Below, in pieces: positions 1 to 12,377 of a DNA stretch of 64,000 nucleotides. Made by a program: the position numbers and the translations under genes. Position 1 is the first letter of the stretch. Every line of letters starts with the position of its first letter. Under the pieces are notes generated by a model. The model did no database searches, was not told where the DNA came from, and was given only the letters and a program-made list of their open reading frames with translations. This DNA is from Cercozoa sp. M6MM (lineage: Eukaryota; Protista; Endomyxa: Ascetosporea): the NCBI GenBank assembly GCA_040357565.1, contig JBDODJ010000033.1, one strand, 5' to 3'.

Positions 1-506
1 CTTTATCCTCTTTGCCCCCCCCCCCCATTATCCTCTACCCACGGTGTACACAGCGAGCAAGACGAGCTGATCGGCAATCTGCTCAAGCCGTTGCTGGATG
101 AGGTGCGCACATTGTCCTTGCTGTGTGTCCGCGCGGATGTCCCACTTGTGTGCTCTGAACTGAAACGTGTGTGTGTGCAGTTGCTGGCGCTATACGGAAG
201 CGAGCACTGCACGCAGCATGGCGAGATCCGCAAGGCGCTGGCTGGCGTGTGTCGCACGCTCCGACTGCCGACGGTGCTGCGCGTGCTGCCGCTGCACGTG
301 CGACCTGGTGGGCTACCTTCCTGCACCACGTGTCTCGCTGTGCACGTGTGTGTGTGTGGCATTTGGCATGTGTATGTGCATGTACGCAGTGCTGGAGGCA
401 CCGGACGCGGCGTCGTTCGCGCAGGCACTCAAGCAGTGCAACGACTGGCTGCTCGACGTGATCGCCGACAACCCACGTGCGCGCCAGTCGCTGCTATTCT
501 GGACCG

Positions 507-547
<41 letters not shown>

Positions 548-2518
548 ATCGTTCACTCACTCAGTGTCGCTGTGACCACCCTGACTGGTCACGTGGTCCG
601 CGTGTCTGTAGGAACATGCTGCCGCTCGCAACGGGTCTGCAGGAGCTCGCGCAGCGTGTCGACAACCAGTGTAGGTCGCAGTTATGCCCCCTCCCCCCTA
701 TCCCCTACCTGTTACCCCTTACTCCCTACCCAGCGGCTGCTCGCTCTGCGTCGGGTCTGTCGCGCAAGGTGTGGCGCACGCTGACGGCCGTGGCCGAGGC
801 GCCCGTCGGTATCTCCGAGGCGCTACCGACGCTGCTGCCGGCCTTGACCAGTGTACACGTGGCCACACTCCTGTGTGACTGGAGTGATCACGAGTCACTC
901 GAATGATCACTCAAGGCACATGAGTGCAAAAAGTACCTGTTGTATGACTCGGCGTGGACAGGCACTGGAGGTTCCGAGTGCACGTGGCAGTGTGTGCCAG
1001 TTCCTGGCATCGTTCGGTGACCACGCCGTCGCCTACAACTCCATCGGCGAGGGCAGTCTTGAGGGCGTGCTGCCTGTGGGCAAGGTGCTTTACCCCCCCC
1101 CCCCCCGTTACCCTCATCTACCCCCCTGCCCATGTGAAATAGGTGGTCCTTCCGGCGCTGTTTGCTGTTCTTGGCACTGGTACTTTTTGGCATGTAATCA
1201 CTGGCATGCGGTCACTGGCGCGTGCTCACTAACTGTGTGGCCACTCACGGTGTGCATGTGCGCAGTCTCGCAGAACGACGGTGCCGCGCGGCAGCCGCTG
1301 CTGCACGCTGTGCAGTACTACGTCCTTTTTGCCCCCCCCCACCCCAGTTACCCCTCGTTACCTCAGGCAAATGGCACTGGCTTGTCGCAAAGCCGTCGAT
1401 GCGAGCACAGAGTCGGGTACTGCATTTACCTTTCCCCGTACCCCTATACCCATACCCTATATTCCCTTTACCCCCCTCCCCCCGATGCAGTGGACGATGT
1501 GGTGTCAACGCTGTTTCGCGCTGCCGCCACCAAGCAGCTGCGTGAACAGCGTGACCTGCCGCAGGTACTGCTCCCTTATTCAAGTTAAAATATGCCCTCG
1601 TAACTGACAGCAGCACCCTTAACTGAGTTCCCTTAATCAATACTCATGATGTAGCAACTGTCAAGTGCGCGATCGCCGGCCGAGAAGAGCTGGCGTCACA
1701 AGCAGGTAGACTAACGTTGCCCATTTACCCACCCTTACCCCTTACCCCTTACCCCTTACCCCTTCCCCGGACAGCACCTGGCCCGTGTGCACGTGCTGAT
1801 GGACGTGTGCGCTCACTTGGCGCCTGCGCTGACTGCTGCAGACGCCGATCTGCTCTGGCGTGTGGTAGCCCTCACTTGCACTTTAGCCCCCTCCTTGCCC
1901 CCTTTACCCTCCCCCTCCCCGCATAGGTGGCACCGGCGCTGCAGCGGAGTGAGGACGGCGGCGAGGAGGTTGAGCTGCGGCACGCGGGCGACGTGTGTCA
2001 GAAGAAGGCGCTGGTGACACTGCGCGCACTCTGCATCGCCGGCGACGGCTTTGTGCAGCGACACAAGAGTACACGCTGCTTCCTCTCCTCCGCCTATATC
2101 CTTCCTATCGTTTTTGTCTGTTCTTTTTGTGTTATATGTCTTGTGTGTGCAGCCGAGGTGGCACAGGCACTCGAGTCCACTGCGGTAGATCACTTTTTCC
2201 CCCCCCCCCCCCCCCCTCTCCCCTCCTTCACCTTGTTGCCTCAGGCATCGACTGCGCCGACGGCCAAGAAACAGCGCTTCCGTGCGCTGCGTGCCTTCTT
2301 GGTGAGCGCTGCTTTCGCCCCCACCCTCTCATTTACCCCTTTACCCCCCTCCACACACAACACCACACACACACACACACACACAGGCCAGTCTCGACAT
2401 GAGCGAGATCGCCGACGAGACGTTGTTGCTGCGTTTCTTGGGTACCACGTGTCACCTGACTGATCTACACACTAGTGTTCCCACTGAGTGACTGACCGAG
2501 CGGTGTGACTGACTGACG

Positions 2519-2566
<48 letters not shown>

Positions 2567-2576
2567 NNNNNNNNNN

Positions 2577-2624
<48 letters not shown>

Positions 2625-3033
2625 CCACTTAGGCGAGCTGCTGATCGCGCGACGTGAGCAGTCCAAGGCGACGCGTGCCAACGCCGCCGACGCACTTTTG
2701 GTAGTTTCGTCTTCCGCGCGGAGGTGCACATGAACAGGTACGATGTACGTGGGCAGGTCGTGGCTGAGAATGCGTACAACTCGGGCCGCATCGTGCAGCT
2801 TCTGCAGGTAGGCAGGAGTTTCTTCCTTTAGAGAAGGGGCCGTCCGCGCGGACGGTTTAATCTATGTGTGTGTGCTGTGTGGTGACAGGCCATGTCGGCC
2901 GGTCTGGCCGGCGCGTCCACGCTGATGCAGGCTGCCACGGTGGACGCTCTCGGCGACGTTTTCGTCTCGTGTGACGGCGTCATTGACGCGTACACACTTT
3001 CCTCTTAACCCCCTCTGACCCCCCTCCCCCAAC

Positions 3034-3087
<54 letters not shown>

Positions 3088-4582
3088 AGTGAGGTGCAAG
3101 TGGCGCTGCTCAAGACGGTGTTTGCCAAGATGCGTCAGACGTCGCGTGATGTAGTCACTTTGTACAGATACACCTGTGGAGTGTATATGTCGTGTACATA
3201 TATCTTGGGGTACAGGTGGTGACGTCGACGATGGACTTTGCCAAGAAGGTGGTGCGACTGGTCGACAAGACACAGGTGCTGCTGCCGGTGCTGCCGGACC
3301 TGCTGCAGGGCATGCTCTTCTGGTGCGACGAGGCCGACAATCCCTTCCGTTTGCCGCTGCGCAATCTGTACCCTCCCCTTTAGCCCTTGCCCCTACCTTA
3401 CTCTTACCCCCTTACCTCGACCCGTCAGACTGGCCAAGCTGATGCGCATCGTGGGCGACGAAGAGATCGCGCGCACCTGGCCGGAGCGACATTCGCGACT
3501 GTAGAATTTCTTGCCCCCATTGGGCCCCCCCCCCCCGCGCGCATCCCCTGTATGATAGACTGCGCTACGTGCGCAAGGAAGAGTCACGACGTCGCAAAAC
3601 TCGCGCCGACGAAGAGGCAGCCAAGAAGTCGTCGTCGAAGGGTACTCACTCTTAATAATACCCCTCCCCACACCCTTTACTCTCCACCCGCAGAGGCTCA
3701 GACTTTTGAGGACATCTTGCATGCCGACTCGGACGACGAGGAGGTACCCCCTCCCGTGTACCTCTTGTCCCTGTCTCACCTGCCTATCTTTCACAGAACG
3801 AAGATATGCGGGTTGTGCTCGATGACGAGGCCGAGGTATCGTGTCGCGCTTATCCTTCCTTTTATTTCCTCCTCATACTTCTTGATGATACACAGACGGA
3901 TCTGCAAGACGGCGGTCTCAGAGTGTTCAAGTCGAGCTCTGCCGTGGGTCAGAAGCGTCGGCGACAGGCGCTACCGACCGTGCAGGGCAAGCTGCTCGTG
4001 TCCGAAAGTATCCTGCCCTGTGTTTGTTGTTGTACCCCCCCCCCCCTACCTGTCCCTGTTTGTGTGCTCAGACACATCTCAGTCAGTGCTGGGACGCCGT
4101 TCGCGAGAGGACGAAACGCCTGACCCGGAGCAGAACGTCCGACCGGCGCTCGGTCACGAGGAGGACGCACTGCGCGCACGCAAGAGAGTACTTGTCCCTA
4201 TCTTTCTCTATATCTATCTCTCTATCTATCTCTGTCTGTCTGTATATTTTATATACAACCACATGCACACCTGTGCTCCCGTAGGCACGCACCACGGCGC
4301 GACAGCAGCGTCGCCAGCAGAAGCAGACACCGGGCGATGGCAGCGCCCTGCACATTACGGCCGTGGCGCCCTCGATTATGAACAAGCGACACCGCCGCGA
4401 GGCCAAGTCGCGCTTCGGCGGCCTCGTGCGTGCCGCCCAGAAGGTGCCCTCTTTTTCTGCGCTCTGTGCCTCCTCCTTTTTCATGCTGCGTCTTGGTACC
4501 GTTATTGCACACATACATACACACACAGGGTGCCTTGCAAGGCCGTCGTGCCGGTGTGCGCGATCGCGTTAAGAGACGGTAG
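1..4582 (+). CDS. RRP12: RRP12-like nucleolar HEAT-repeat ribosome biogenesis protein (5' end outside window; many introns)
   Basis: GT-AG spliced exons give VLRVLPLH..., FWTENMLPLA..., KVWRTLTAVAEAP..., VCQKKALVTL and an acidic TFEDILHADSDDE tract. The C-terminus IMNKRHRREAKSRFGGLVRAAQK|GALQGRRAGVRDRVKRR* (TAG 4580-4582) resembles the RRP12 tail (LN.R....QFKGLVKAA..G). Confidence 0.8.
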
Positions 4583-4794
4583 TTTCACCTGACCATTCTC
4601 AAGCTCCGCTCAAGAAAGCTTGCGTTGACCCGGACGGACGGGAGTTGAGGCATGACCCAAACCATCTGTTTAGTCGTGCTGTAGCCTCGCCTGAGTTTCT
4701 TTCTAGTTGCACATTCAATTCACTTTTTTGCTTCATTTGCATCGAGCTCTGTCCAGTCGTCGCGTTCGGTTGCATGTCTGCACGTTAAGTCTGT

Positions 4795-5066
4795 TTGTTT
4801 AAAATGCACCACCGATTGCTGGAATGCAAAGTAACGGAAGCTATCAGAAACAACACAAATGCGGCTCAGTGGCGCACAATTGAAGACATACTGGCCAACC
4901 CTGAGAACCTAGCAACACTCAACAGAATGCACCAAGGCACCAAGATCTCCTGGGACGAAGAAGCAACTGTCGAAGGACAACCAGCCTCCCAGCAGGCAAT
5001 GGACCGAGAGGTCCCCGACATAGACTAGGCCACCACTCACAGCAGTGGTGGCCCTAAGTCTATGTC
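4795..5066 (+). mobile_element. 5'-truncated non-LTR retrotransposon (LINE) 3' remnant with terminal hairpin
   Basis: The intronless, A-rich ORF HHRLLECKVTEAIR...TIEDILANPENLATLNR resembles the segment after the CCHC knuckle at the C-terminus of LINE ORF2 (H.LLEC....R...L.DIL). A near-perfect inverted repeat at 5017-5066 overlaps the stop codon. Confidence 0.5.
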
Positions 5067-5146
5067 TGATTGCTTGCTTCGTTATCGAGTGGAGAGACGG
5101 GAGGAGGACGACGGGACGACCGACACCGCCTGCGACGCCTCTCTAC

Positions 5147-5328
5147 TTGTAGCCCGCTACCTGCACCAACCATGAAGTCGACTTCGGTGTCTGGGGAACG
5201 TCAAAAGGGGAGTTGTATGGTCCTACCCTAAGCGGGCGGTAGACACGGCCATGCTCTTGTGACCCATCTCAGACTGGTGCAGGGGAACTACATAGTTGGT
5301 TTCCTAGAAGACTCAACTAACTAACTAA
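5147..5328 (+). mobile_element. Dispersed repeat copy A (LINE/SINE-like 3' end with (CTAA)n tail)
   Basis: Aligns by eye with 52050-52220 and 63140-63299: AAAGGGGAGTTG.ATGG.CC.ACCCTAAGCGG.CGGT.GA..ACGGCCATGC.CTTGTGACCCA...GACTGGT...AACTACATAGTT.GTTTC.TAG.AGACT...CTAACTAA. Confidence 0.7.
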
Positions 5329-5567
5329 GTCAGTTGTTTACGGAACTCAGTATCTAACGCGCGCGACGACGGAACGAGGTGGTGGTCGAATGAAAGCGCA
5401 CTCTGCAAGTGTGCAAATGTTTGCACAGGACCGACCGGACACAATAGCCAGCATCCATCCGAAAAAGTCAAATTACAGAGGTGAATCGCTGCGTGCGATC
5501 TGCCAAGGCCGCAGCAGCTGCAGTCGCTCGTCATCCCTGCGACACATGACAGTGACCGTAGCATGCT

Positions 5568-7538
5568 TTACACGCCCAGACTCGGTACGATAGAACCATC
5601 TCTGGTGAACAAATCAGGGTACACAATGGCAAAGTCGTCAAACGCGTCATCACCGGCGCCAATGCCCCAGGTGTCCACAGGTGTGCCACTCACGCCATCT
5701 GATTGCAAACACTTTTTGTTCCCCACTGGAAAATCAAAAAAAAAAAAAAAATCGTACAGTCCGTCTCGCCGATGAGAACGTACTCCAGCACAGACGGGAA
5801 TGCGCGAATGGTGCGGGACAAGTCCAAGCCTGAATATAAGTACGCTCAATTTTATAATACAGTATGAATAGACTAAGAGAAAGACCCATCGGCATCCACG
5901 AAAGCAGCACGATTTGTGCCGGCACGTGCGTCAGTGCCTCCTGTGCATCCCATGGTTGCACACTGCCGCTGCTGGATGGCGCCAGATCGGAGGCAACGAA
6001 TGTCACACTCAACGACAAAGCACACTGCTGCAACTTGACACTCACTGCACGCTCAAGAAAGTGCGTCAGTCGACCGTCACCGGCTGGGCAAAAAGCAGAG
6101 AGTTCGTGTTCTGCACATACATAACCGTGCAGACAAAAGGGTTTACGTACCTGCAATTTCAAGTATTTGGATTGAGTTTCGCCTGAGTAACACATGCAAT
6201 ACCAGGTCTAAGCTTCACAGCATCAATATAAAGAGCGCAAGCGAGAAACCGTACCTGCACTGTGACACAGGAGAGGCGAAGTTCGCATCCACAAAGGGAA
6301 GGTTGAGACAGGTGTCTTTGACAAAAGTGTCGTTGTTGTACTCGAGTGCCCTGGTGATTACGTAGTTCGCTAGTGCGTCGATGTACTCGAGCGTCCAAAC
6401 TTCACACAGACGCGACTCGCGGTTCGTTGCGTAGTACAGGAACGATTGCGGCTGCACACAGTGAAGCACCACAACTTTAAACGAACAAAAGAGTGTTATG
6501 AGTCATGTTATACAGTAATGTAGCGCCTCGGCACGTCTGCGAACGAAAGAGCCCGCGCAACTGTGCTTCTGTCCTCGAGTGGAATGTTGGTGACCAGATA
6601 CGGCCATCTTGGGTCCAGGAAGGGAAACACCCTTATCAAAGTCATGTGTCTGAAGTATAGAACGTGAAAGCAACAGATCTGCACATCGATTTAAATAGAA
6701 CAGAGTACGAAGGCAAGTATGCCGGCTGCATCAGCAAGTGGACTTCGTAGTCAGACGTATCTTTTTCCAGAGCTGGTGCGAACAAGCTCACTTCATCGAC
6801 TTCTTCCGTTTCGCCGCTCTGAGTGATAAGAATTACTTAAGGAAATCCAACGCGTTACCCATCCAAAGGAACACGAGAGGCTCCCTACATAAAGAAGATT
6901 TTCTAGCTCGGCCAGCAGTCGGCTTCCGGCGACATAATTGCGCAGGTAGCCTTGCTCTTGTACTCTACACGCGCGCATTTCTAGTTGAACCACTCATTCA
7001 CAAGCGAGCACAGACCTTGATGGGTGCGCTTTGACTTGTTGCTTCCATTCCCGTTTCGTTGATATCCGCGAGGCTGAATCAAGCCAATGCATGGGTTTAT
7101 GAAGCGGTTAGTTGTGACCTACATTTTGCTTGTTTCGAGAGCTCTTTGAAGAGATCGACTCGACCGTCGGCTAAAGTTTCTTGCAACTTTACCTCAGGTG
7201 CTGCAACAAGTGCGTACAATGCATCAGCACGGTCTTTCACCTGCAGTTACGTATGTGCTATGTTGAAAGTCGAAATCGCAGGCCTGCTTTTCTGTTACCT
7301 CTCGCTGCGCACGGAGTACGAGCGACTCGCCTTCGTGACTAAACTTGTCTCCTTCGCTGGGAATGACAAGCGAAGGTGCGTTGCGTTCTGCGGTTCAGTT
7401 ACGACAGTGCGGAACAAATGACACACACGAGCGTTGTGACACTGCACCTTTGTTGGCAAAACGAAGAGCCTCTTCGCGCGATCGCACACTAGCTTGCACG
7501 GGCGAAAGCACGCATAACAATAACAACACGAGAGCCAT
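5568..7538 (-). CDS. Hypothetical multi-exon protein with predicted signal peptide
   Basis: Starts MALVLLLLCVLSPVQA-SVRSREE. Several GT-AG-bounded exons with coding-like composition follow (e.g. VVLHCVQPQSFLYYATNRESRLCEVWTLEYIDALANYVITRALEY). No family recognised and the 3' end is uncertain. Confidence 0.45.
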
Positions 7539-7874
7539 CCTGATCTGTGCCAAAAGCCAAGCGAAATCACAGGAAGCAGCTTTTATCAAGTATCGAATTC
7601 GCATGGCTTTTGGTTTGTTTTCGCAGTGATGCATTTTTGCGTTTTCTACTTGTCGCACCACCTGTATGGTCAGCCCACACTCTCGCTCACCCACGTGTGT
7701 GCATCGGGGAGCGCGTTTTTAGCGAGCGGATCGAATCGTTTTTTTTTGTCGGGTGGTTGCGATTTTTTGCTTATGTCTTACATTTGTGTTGTTGATTCGC
7801 AGCGAGTGCAATTGTACCAACAGTGTCATTGATATCTAACAAGCTTCTTTTCGATTTATAACAACTCTCCGACG

Positions 7875-8908
7875 ATGGTCGCACGTGTTTTGGATGGTCG
7901 TGCGTTGGCATCAACGCTTCTGGTATGGGCATTTTTACTTTTGGCTTGCAGCTGTGCCGAAGATTTGAGTTTGACTATAGTCGACGCTCAAACCAAAAGT
8001 GAGCTCGTTTGCGCAGCAGTTCGCACGACAGCCCACTCTGTCTGTAAGTCCGGCACTTTTTCATATCTCGGTCGTGCGCATGGTGTTTCTGTAGGTAATA
8101 CTGGTGGGCGACGACGCTGCCAGTGCGCGCTACGTGATGCGAAAGGAAGAGGTGCGTTTTATTCTACATGTCTGTGTCTATCGTATCTACCTAACAACCT
8201 ACTGTTGGCAGGCTGCAGAGTCACTAGGTGTCCGTTCTCGTGTCGTTCGTTTGCATGCCTCTGCCACGCAGGTATCACCATGCTTGTCGGTTGGTTTCTG
8301 TGCTTTTTTAAGAGTCATTTATATGCAGGAGGAGATCCTATCGGCCATCCACAACGAGAACGAAAACAGGGAGGTGGACGCGCTGCTGGTGCAGTGCCCG
8401 CTACCTGCGCACGTCGACACGCGCAAGGTCGTGCAGGCGATCGACCCGGAGAAGGATGTGGACGGTTTCCATCCTTCCAATTTGGGCAAGCTGGCCACAC
8501 TGCCGCCTGCTACATTCGATAACACGTACGGCATTTGCCTCTTTTGGCTGTTGTTGCAACCTCTGACATGTGTGATGTTTGATGTCTGCAGAGTGGACTT
8601 TGTGCACGCGCTGCACCAAACGGCGCAATTACCTTGCGCCGCGCAAGCCGTTTTTCGCATGCTGGTACGTTTGACCTTGTTCTACTGATGATGATTTAAC
8701 TCGGATGTTGGGCTGTACAGGTTGAGGCAGGCCACAAAGACTTGCGCGGCAAGAACGTTGTCGTGCTCGGCCGCAGTTTTCTTGTTGGAAGTACCGTTGG
8801 ATCCTTCGCTGCTGTTACTGCTGTGTGTCTGTGTCTGTGTCTGTGTCTGTGTCTGTGTCTGTGTCTGTGTCTGTGTCTTTGTCTGTGTCTGTGTCTGTGT
8901 CTGTGTCT

Positions 8909-8981
<73 letters not shown>

Positions 8982-9671
8982 GAGACTAAAACTTGAACGA
9001 CAGTGCCGGTGATGATGCTGCTGCTGCGTGCGGGTGCCAGTGTGACCAACCTCTCGCGCTTTGACGACATCGAGGTCGCCATACCTACGCTGCTGTGTTT
9101 TATCGTACTTTTCTGTACCTTTCTTGATGTGAGCAGACCCAGAAACAAGCAGTTCAAAAGGCGGAAATAGTGGTACTGAAGTCATCTGCTGCTACAGTGT
9201 TTGTATTATCCATGTCGTGCCCATAGATTTGCGCCATCGGCAAGGCCTGTCACATCGGCGCCGATTGGATAGATCCCGCCAAGCAATGTACGATCATCGA
9301 TGTCGGCACCAACGTACTTAAGCCTTTGCTGGTCCATTTATCTGTTTTGTTCATACTCATATGTATTTGAGAAGGTTAGTGACGAAAGAGACGCCGATGG
9401 GCGTCGAGTTCTCGTGGGTGACGTCAACCCTGAAGGTACCTTTCTCACCCCCCCCTCGTAGAATAAATATAGGTGCTAATGTACTTAGCCGCGAATAATG
9501 CGGCTGCAATGACGCCTGTGCCCGGTGGTGTCGGTCCCTTGACTGGTATGTCATTTATTCTTTTGATCGACTGTTGTTCTTTATGTTCCTACATGCGCAG
9601 TCGCGTGCCTGTTGCGAAATTGCATTCATATCGCGTGTCATCGCGAGAATGCTTCCTTTCAGGCACTTTGA
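7875..9671 (+). CDS. folD: Bifunctional methylenetetrahydrofolate dehydrogenase/cyclohydrolase (FolD/MTHFD)
   Basis: Spliced motifs VLDGRALA, ILVGDDAASARYVMRK (YxxxK), LVQCPLP, IDPEKDVDGFHPSNLG, GKNVVVLGRSFLVG, IIDVGTN, LVGDV and MTPVPGGVGPLTVACLLRN; stop TGA at 9669-9671. Confidence 0.93.
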
Positions 9672-9883
9672 CGTTTGTGATTGAAGGTAGTCATGTGCAG
9701 TTATTTTCCTGGGCCGGCTAGCCCTAGTCACAAGCATCCGTCATGACCCCAGCCAAGTCGAGCGACCGCATCCAGTCTCCGCCTTCGCTTCGCTTACTGA
9801 CTACGTTAGATTGACCAACGTAGTGGACGGGTACAAGTCTGATAGTACTGTATAAGCTAACCGTCCCGAGCTCGGCCGGCGGG

Positions 9884-10975
9884 TTACAAAAAGGCGAAGA
9901 CGGCGGAGACGTTGTCGGCCGTGCCGAGTTGCAGTGCTGCCGACACTAGGGAGCGGCAGATTTGCTTGCCCGAACTACAGCAGCACGTCGGGATAGATAG
10001 ATACTACATGCGTTGCGTGTAGAGTGCAGAGGGTGGGTGAGCACCTGTGCTGTGCTATACAGAGACGACACGTCGCAGAGGCGCGCACGTTGCTCATGAC
10101 GTCCCAGAGACCGTCGCACGCCACCAGGACACCTAACGGTAGTCCAGTAATAGTACAGAAATACGAATGGGAGCGAGGGCAAGAGTGGTACCAATGTCCT
10201 CGTCAGGGTCGACATCGTGCACCTCGATCTCGGGATCGGCCGGGATCAACTCGCCAAAGTCGTGGTCGCCTTTGTAAGTGCAGGTGTATGCGTTGACAGT
10301 GTGTATCACCCAGTGTCAGTGAAAAGAAACGCAAAATGTACCGATGGCACGCGAGACAGCGAGCACGCCGTTTACCCTGCCATCCATTACAGTGCCTGCC
10401 AAATGGTGTCCATATGCACGAGTACACAGAGACAGAAAGATCTGGCAGAAGAGCTGGGCACCGTTGAGACTGCGTATCCGATTTCGTTCGTCTGGTCGCG
10501 TGGGTTTATGGTCACGGGACAGCGCGATCGGCGCCTCGTTCTTGCGAATCAGAATGGCGCGACAGTCGCCCGCATTGGCCTGTAAAAAACCGCGCTGAAC
10601 TCGCCTGGACAGGGAGAGGAGACAGCCCTAAACGTACAACCCAGAGTCGCCTCAGAGTGTGGTTCATAAGGGCGAAGCATGCCTGCACAAGAGGGCATAC
10701 ACCGACATGGTATATACGAGGACACTCAGCGCACCGTTGCTCCGGCTTGTGAGTGTGGAAACTGGCGTCGGAACTCGCTGTCTACCGTAACGAACGCCTG
10801 CGACACCGAACACATCTGATAACAAGGCAAAAGGTGCGCCCAGTGCAAATAAAAAGAGTACCCAGTGCAGTGCCTCGGCAGGTTCTACATATGCCGTCAA
10901 CTGTTGACGCAGCAACTCGGGCATCCGCCGTTTGATGAACTACAGGGACAGCAAGGTCAGGGACAAGAGTCGGCG

Positions 10976-11028
<53 letters not shown>

Positions 11029-12377
11029 AATACCTTGGCAGCCTCGTTGCCGCAGTGTCCGTCGGCGACACCAACAAGCGACCAGGCACCGGCGTGGACG
11101 CTGCGTTGAGGTGCGCCGGAAGTGTCGTCGCTGGCACTGTCGTTGTTGTTGTTGTTGTTGTTGTTGTCTCCTAAGTGTGTGTCAGTGGCACCGCCACTGC
11201 GTCGTTCATGCTCGCTGCCGTCGCTGTGCTTGTCGGTGTCGTTGTTACAATTCGGGCTGCACGCTTCTAAGTCGGTCTGACACCACATGCGCACACATAG
11301 CAACTGCAGAGACAAGGTTCAAGATACGACAGGTACAATGAAGGGTGACAGAGGCGTGCCAGCGTCGTCGCTAGTGTCTGACATCTGCTTGCTTACTGCA
11401 CACAAGACGAACACGGGTGATCTGGGTTCAACTGGGGGTGCAGAGTAAGAGAGGGTACAAACTGGAGCATGGTTGACACTGTTAGTGTCTTCCGGTTCCG
11501 GCGATTCAAGTGGGTTCTATTTCGACACAACCCATACGTTAAAAACAGGCACGGTGCAACAGAGGGGGAGGAATGGCGGTACATACCACGTAGGGTGGCA
11601 CCCAGAGCGACAGGTAACGATGACACACGACGACCTCATCCTCCATGTAGGGCCGCTGGCCTTGCTCCTTGTGGAAACCGCCACGTCGTACTCGTGCCTG
11701 ACTCAGGTGCAGGAGCCAGGTGGTGTAGGTGCCTCGTGTTGGTGCCAGCACCCTACGGCATGTCCAGGTGCAACTCCGACAGAAAGGCAGGTAGAGCAGC
11801 ACAAGAAGTCACCAGACTCGCGACGCGGTTTCCAAAAAGAGCAGACCGACGTCGCTCTGCGCAGGCCCAGCACAGGAAGCTCGACAGACACAGCACGGAG
11901 GGGGGGAAAGCTCGGGTACGCCATCGGGAGGAACGACATGCGGCAGCGCCGGGTGCGAACACTCGCGAATGCGCCGAACGTCGCATACGTCAATGTGCCC
12001 GATCACTTTGGGCTCCAGCTAGACACAAGTGTGCGTGCGTGGCGTGTGTGTGTGCGTGTGTTGTGTCACAGGCACCATATGCGCTTCAGAAATCTGGAAG
12101 AAAGTACCTTTGACTTGTAGTAGGCGAGTTGACCGTTGGAGTACAAGCGGAAGAAACGACGCTTCCTGCAACCATGCAAAACACAAACGTGTGCTCGCGC
12201 ATAAAAATGCCTGTGCCGATGTTGGAGTACCAACTCTTTCGAATCTTGCCTCGTTTTGTCATCCTGTACGAATGCACACACACACACAAATACACAGCTT
12301 ACGTCGACCACAAAAGGACCGAGGAGAACAGAGCACCAGCCATTGAAGATCTCGGTGACGTCGGCATCACTTGACAT
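9884..12377 (-). CDS. PH-domain-containing PP2C (PPM) family protein phosphatase
   Basis: N-terminal PH motif EIFNGW|MTKRGKIRKSW|KRRFFRLYSNGQLAYYKSK. PP2C motifs QGQRPYMED, GVADGHCG, ANAGDCRAIL, LSRDHKP...ERNRI, GRVNGVLAVSRAIG, VACDGLWDVMSN and LGTADNVSAVF*. An (AAC)n run encodes a poly-Asn tract. Confidence 0.85.

Noticed and set aside
1310-1375. Apparent in-frame TAG or frame break in RRP12 suggesting stop-codon reassignment
   Set aside because: Resolved by a normal GT donor (GTG CA|GTAC...CAG|G CAA). Conserved genes end in TAA, TAG and TGA, so the code looks standard.
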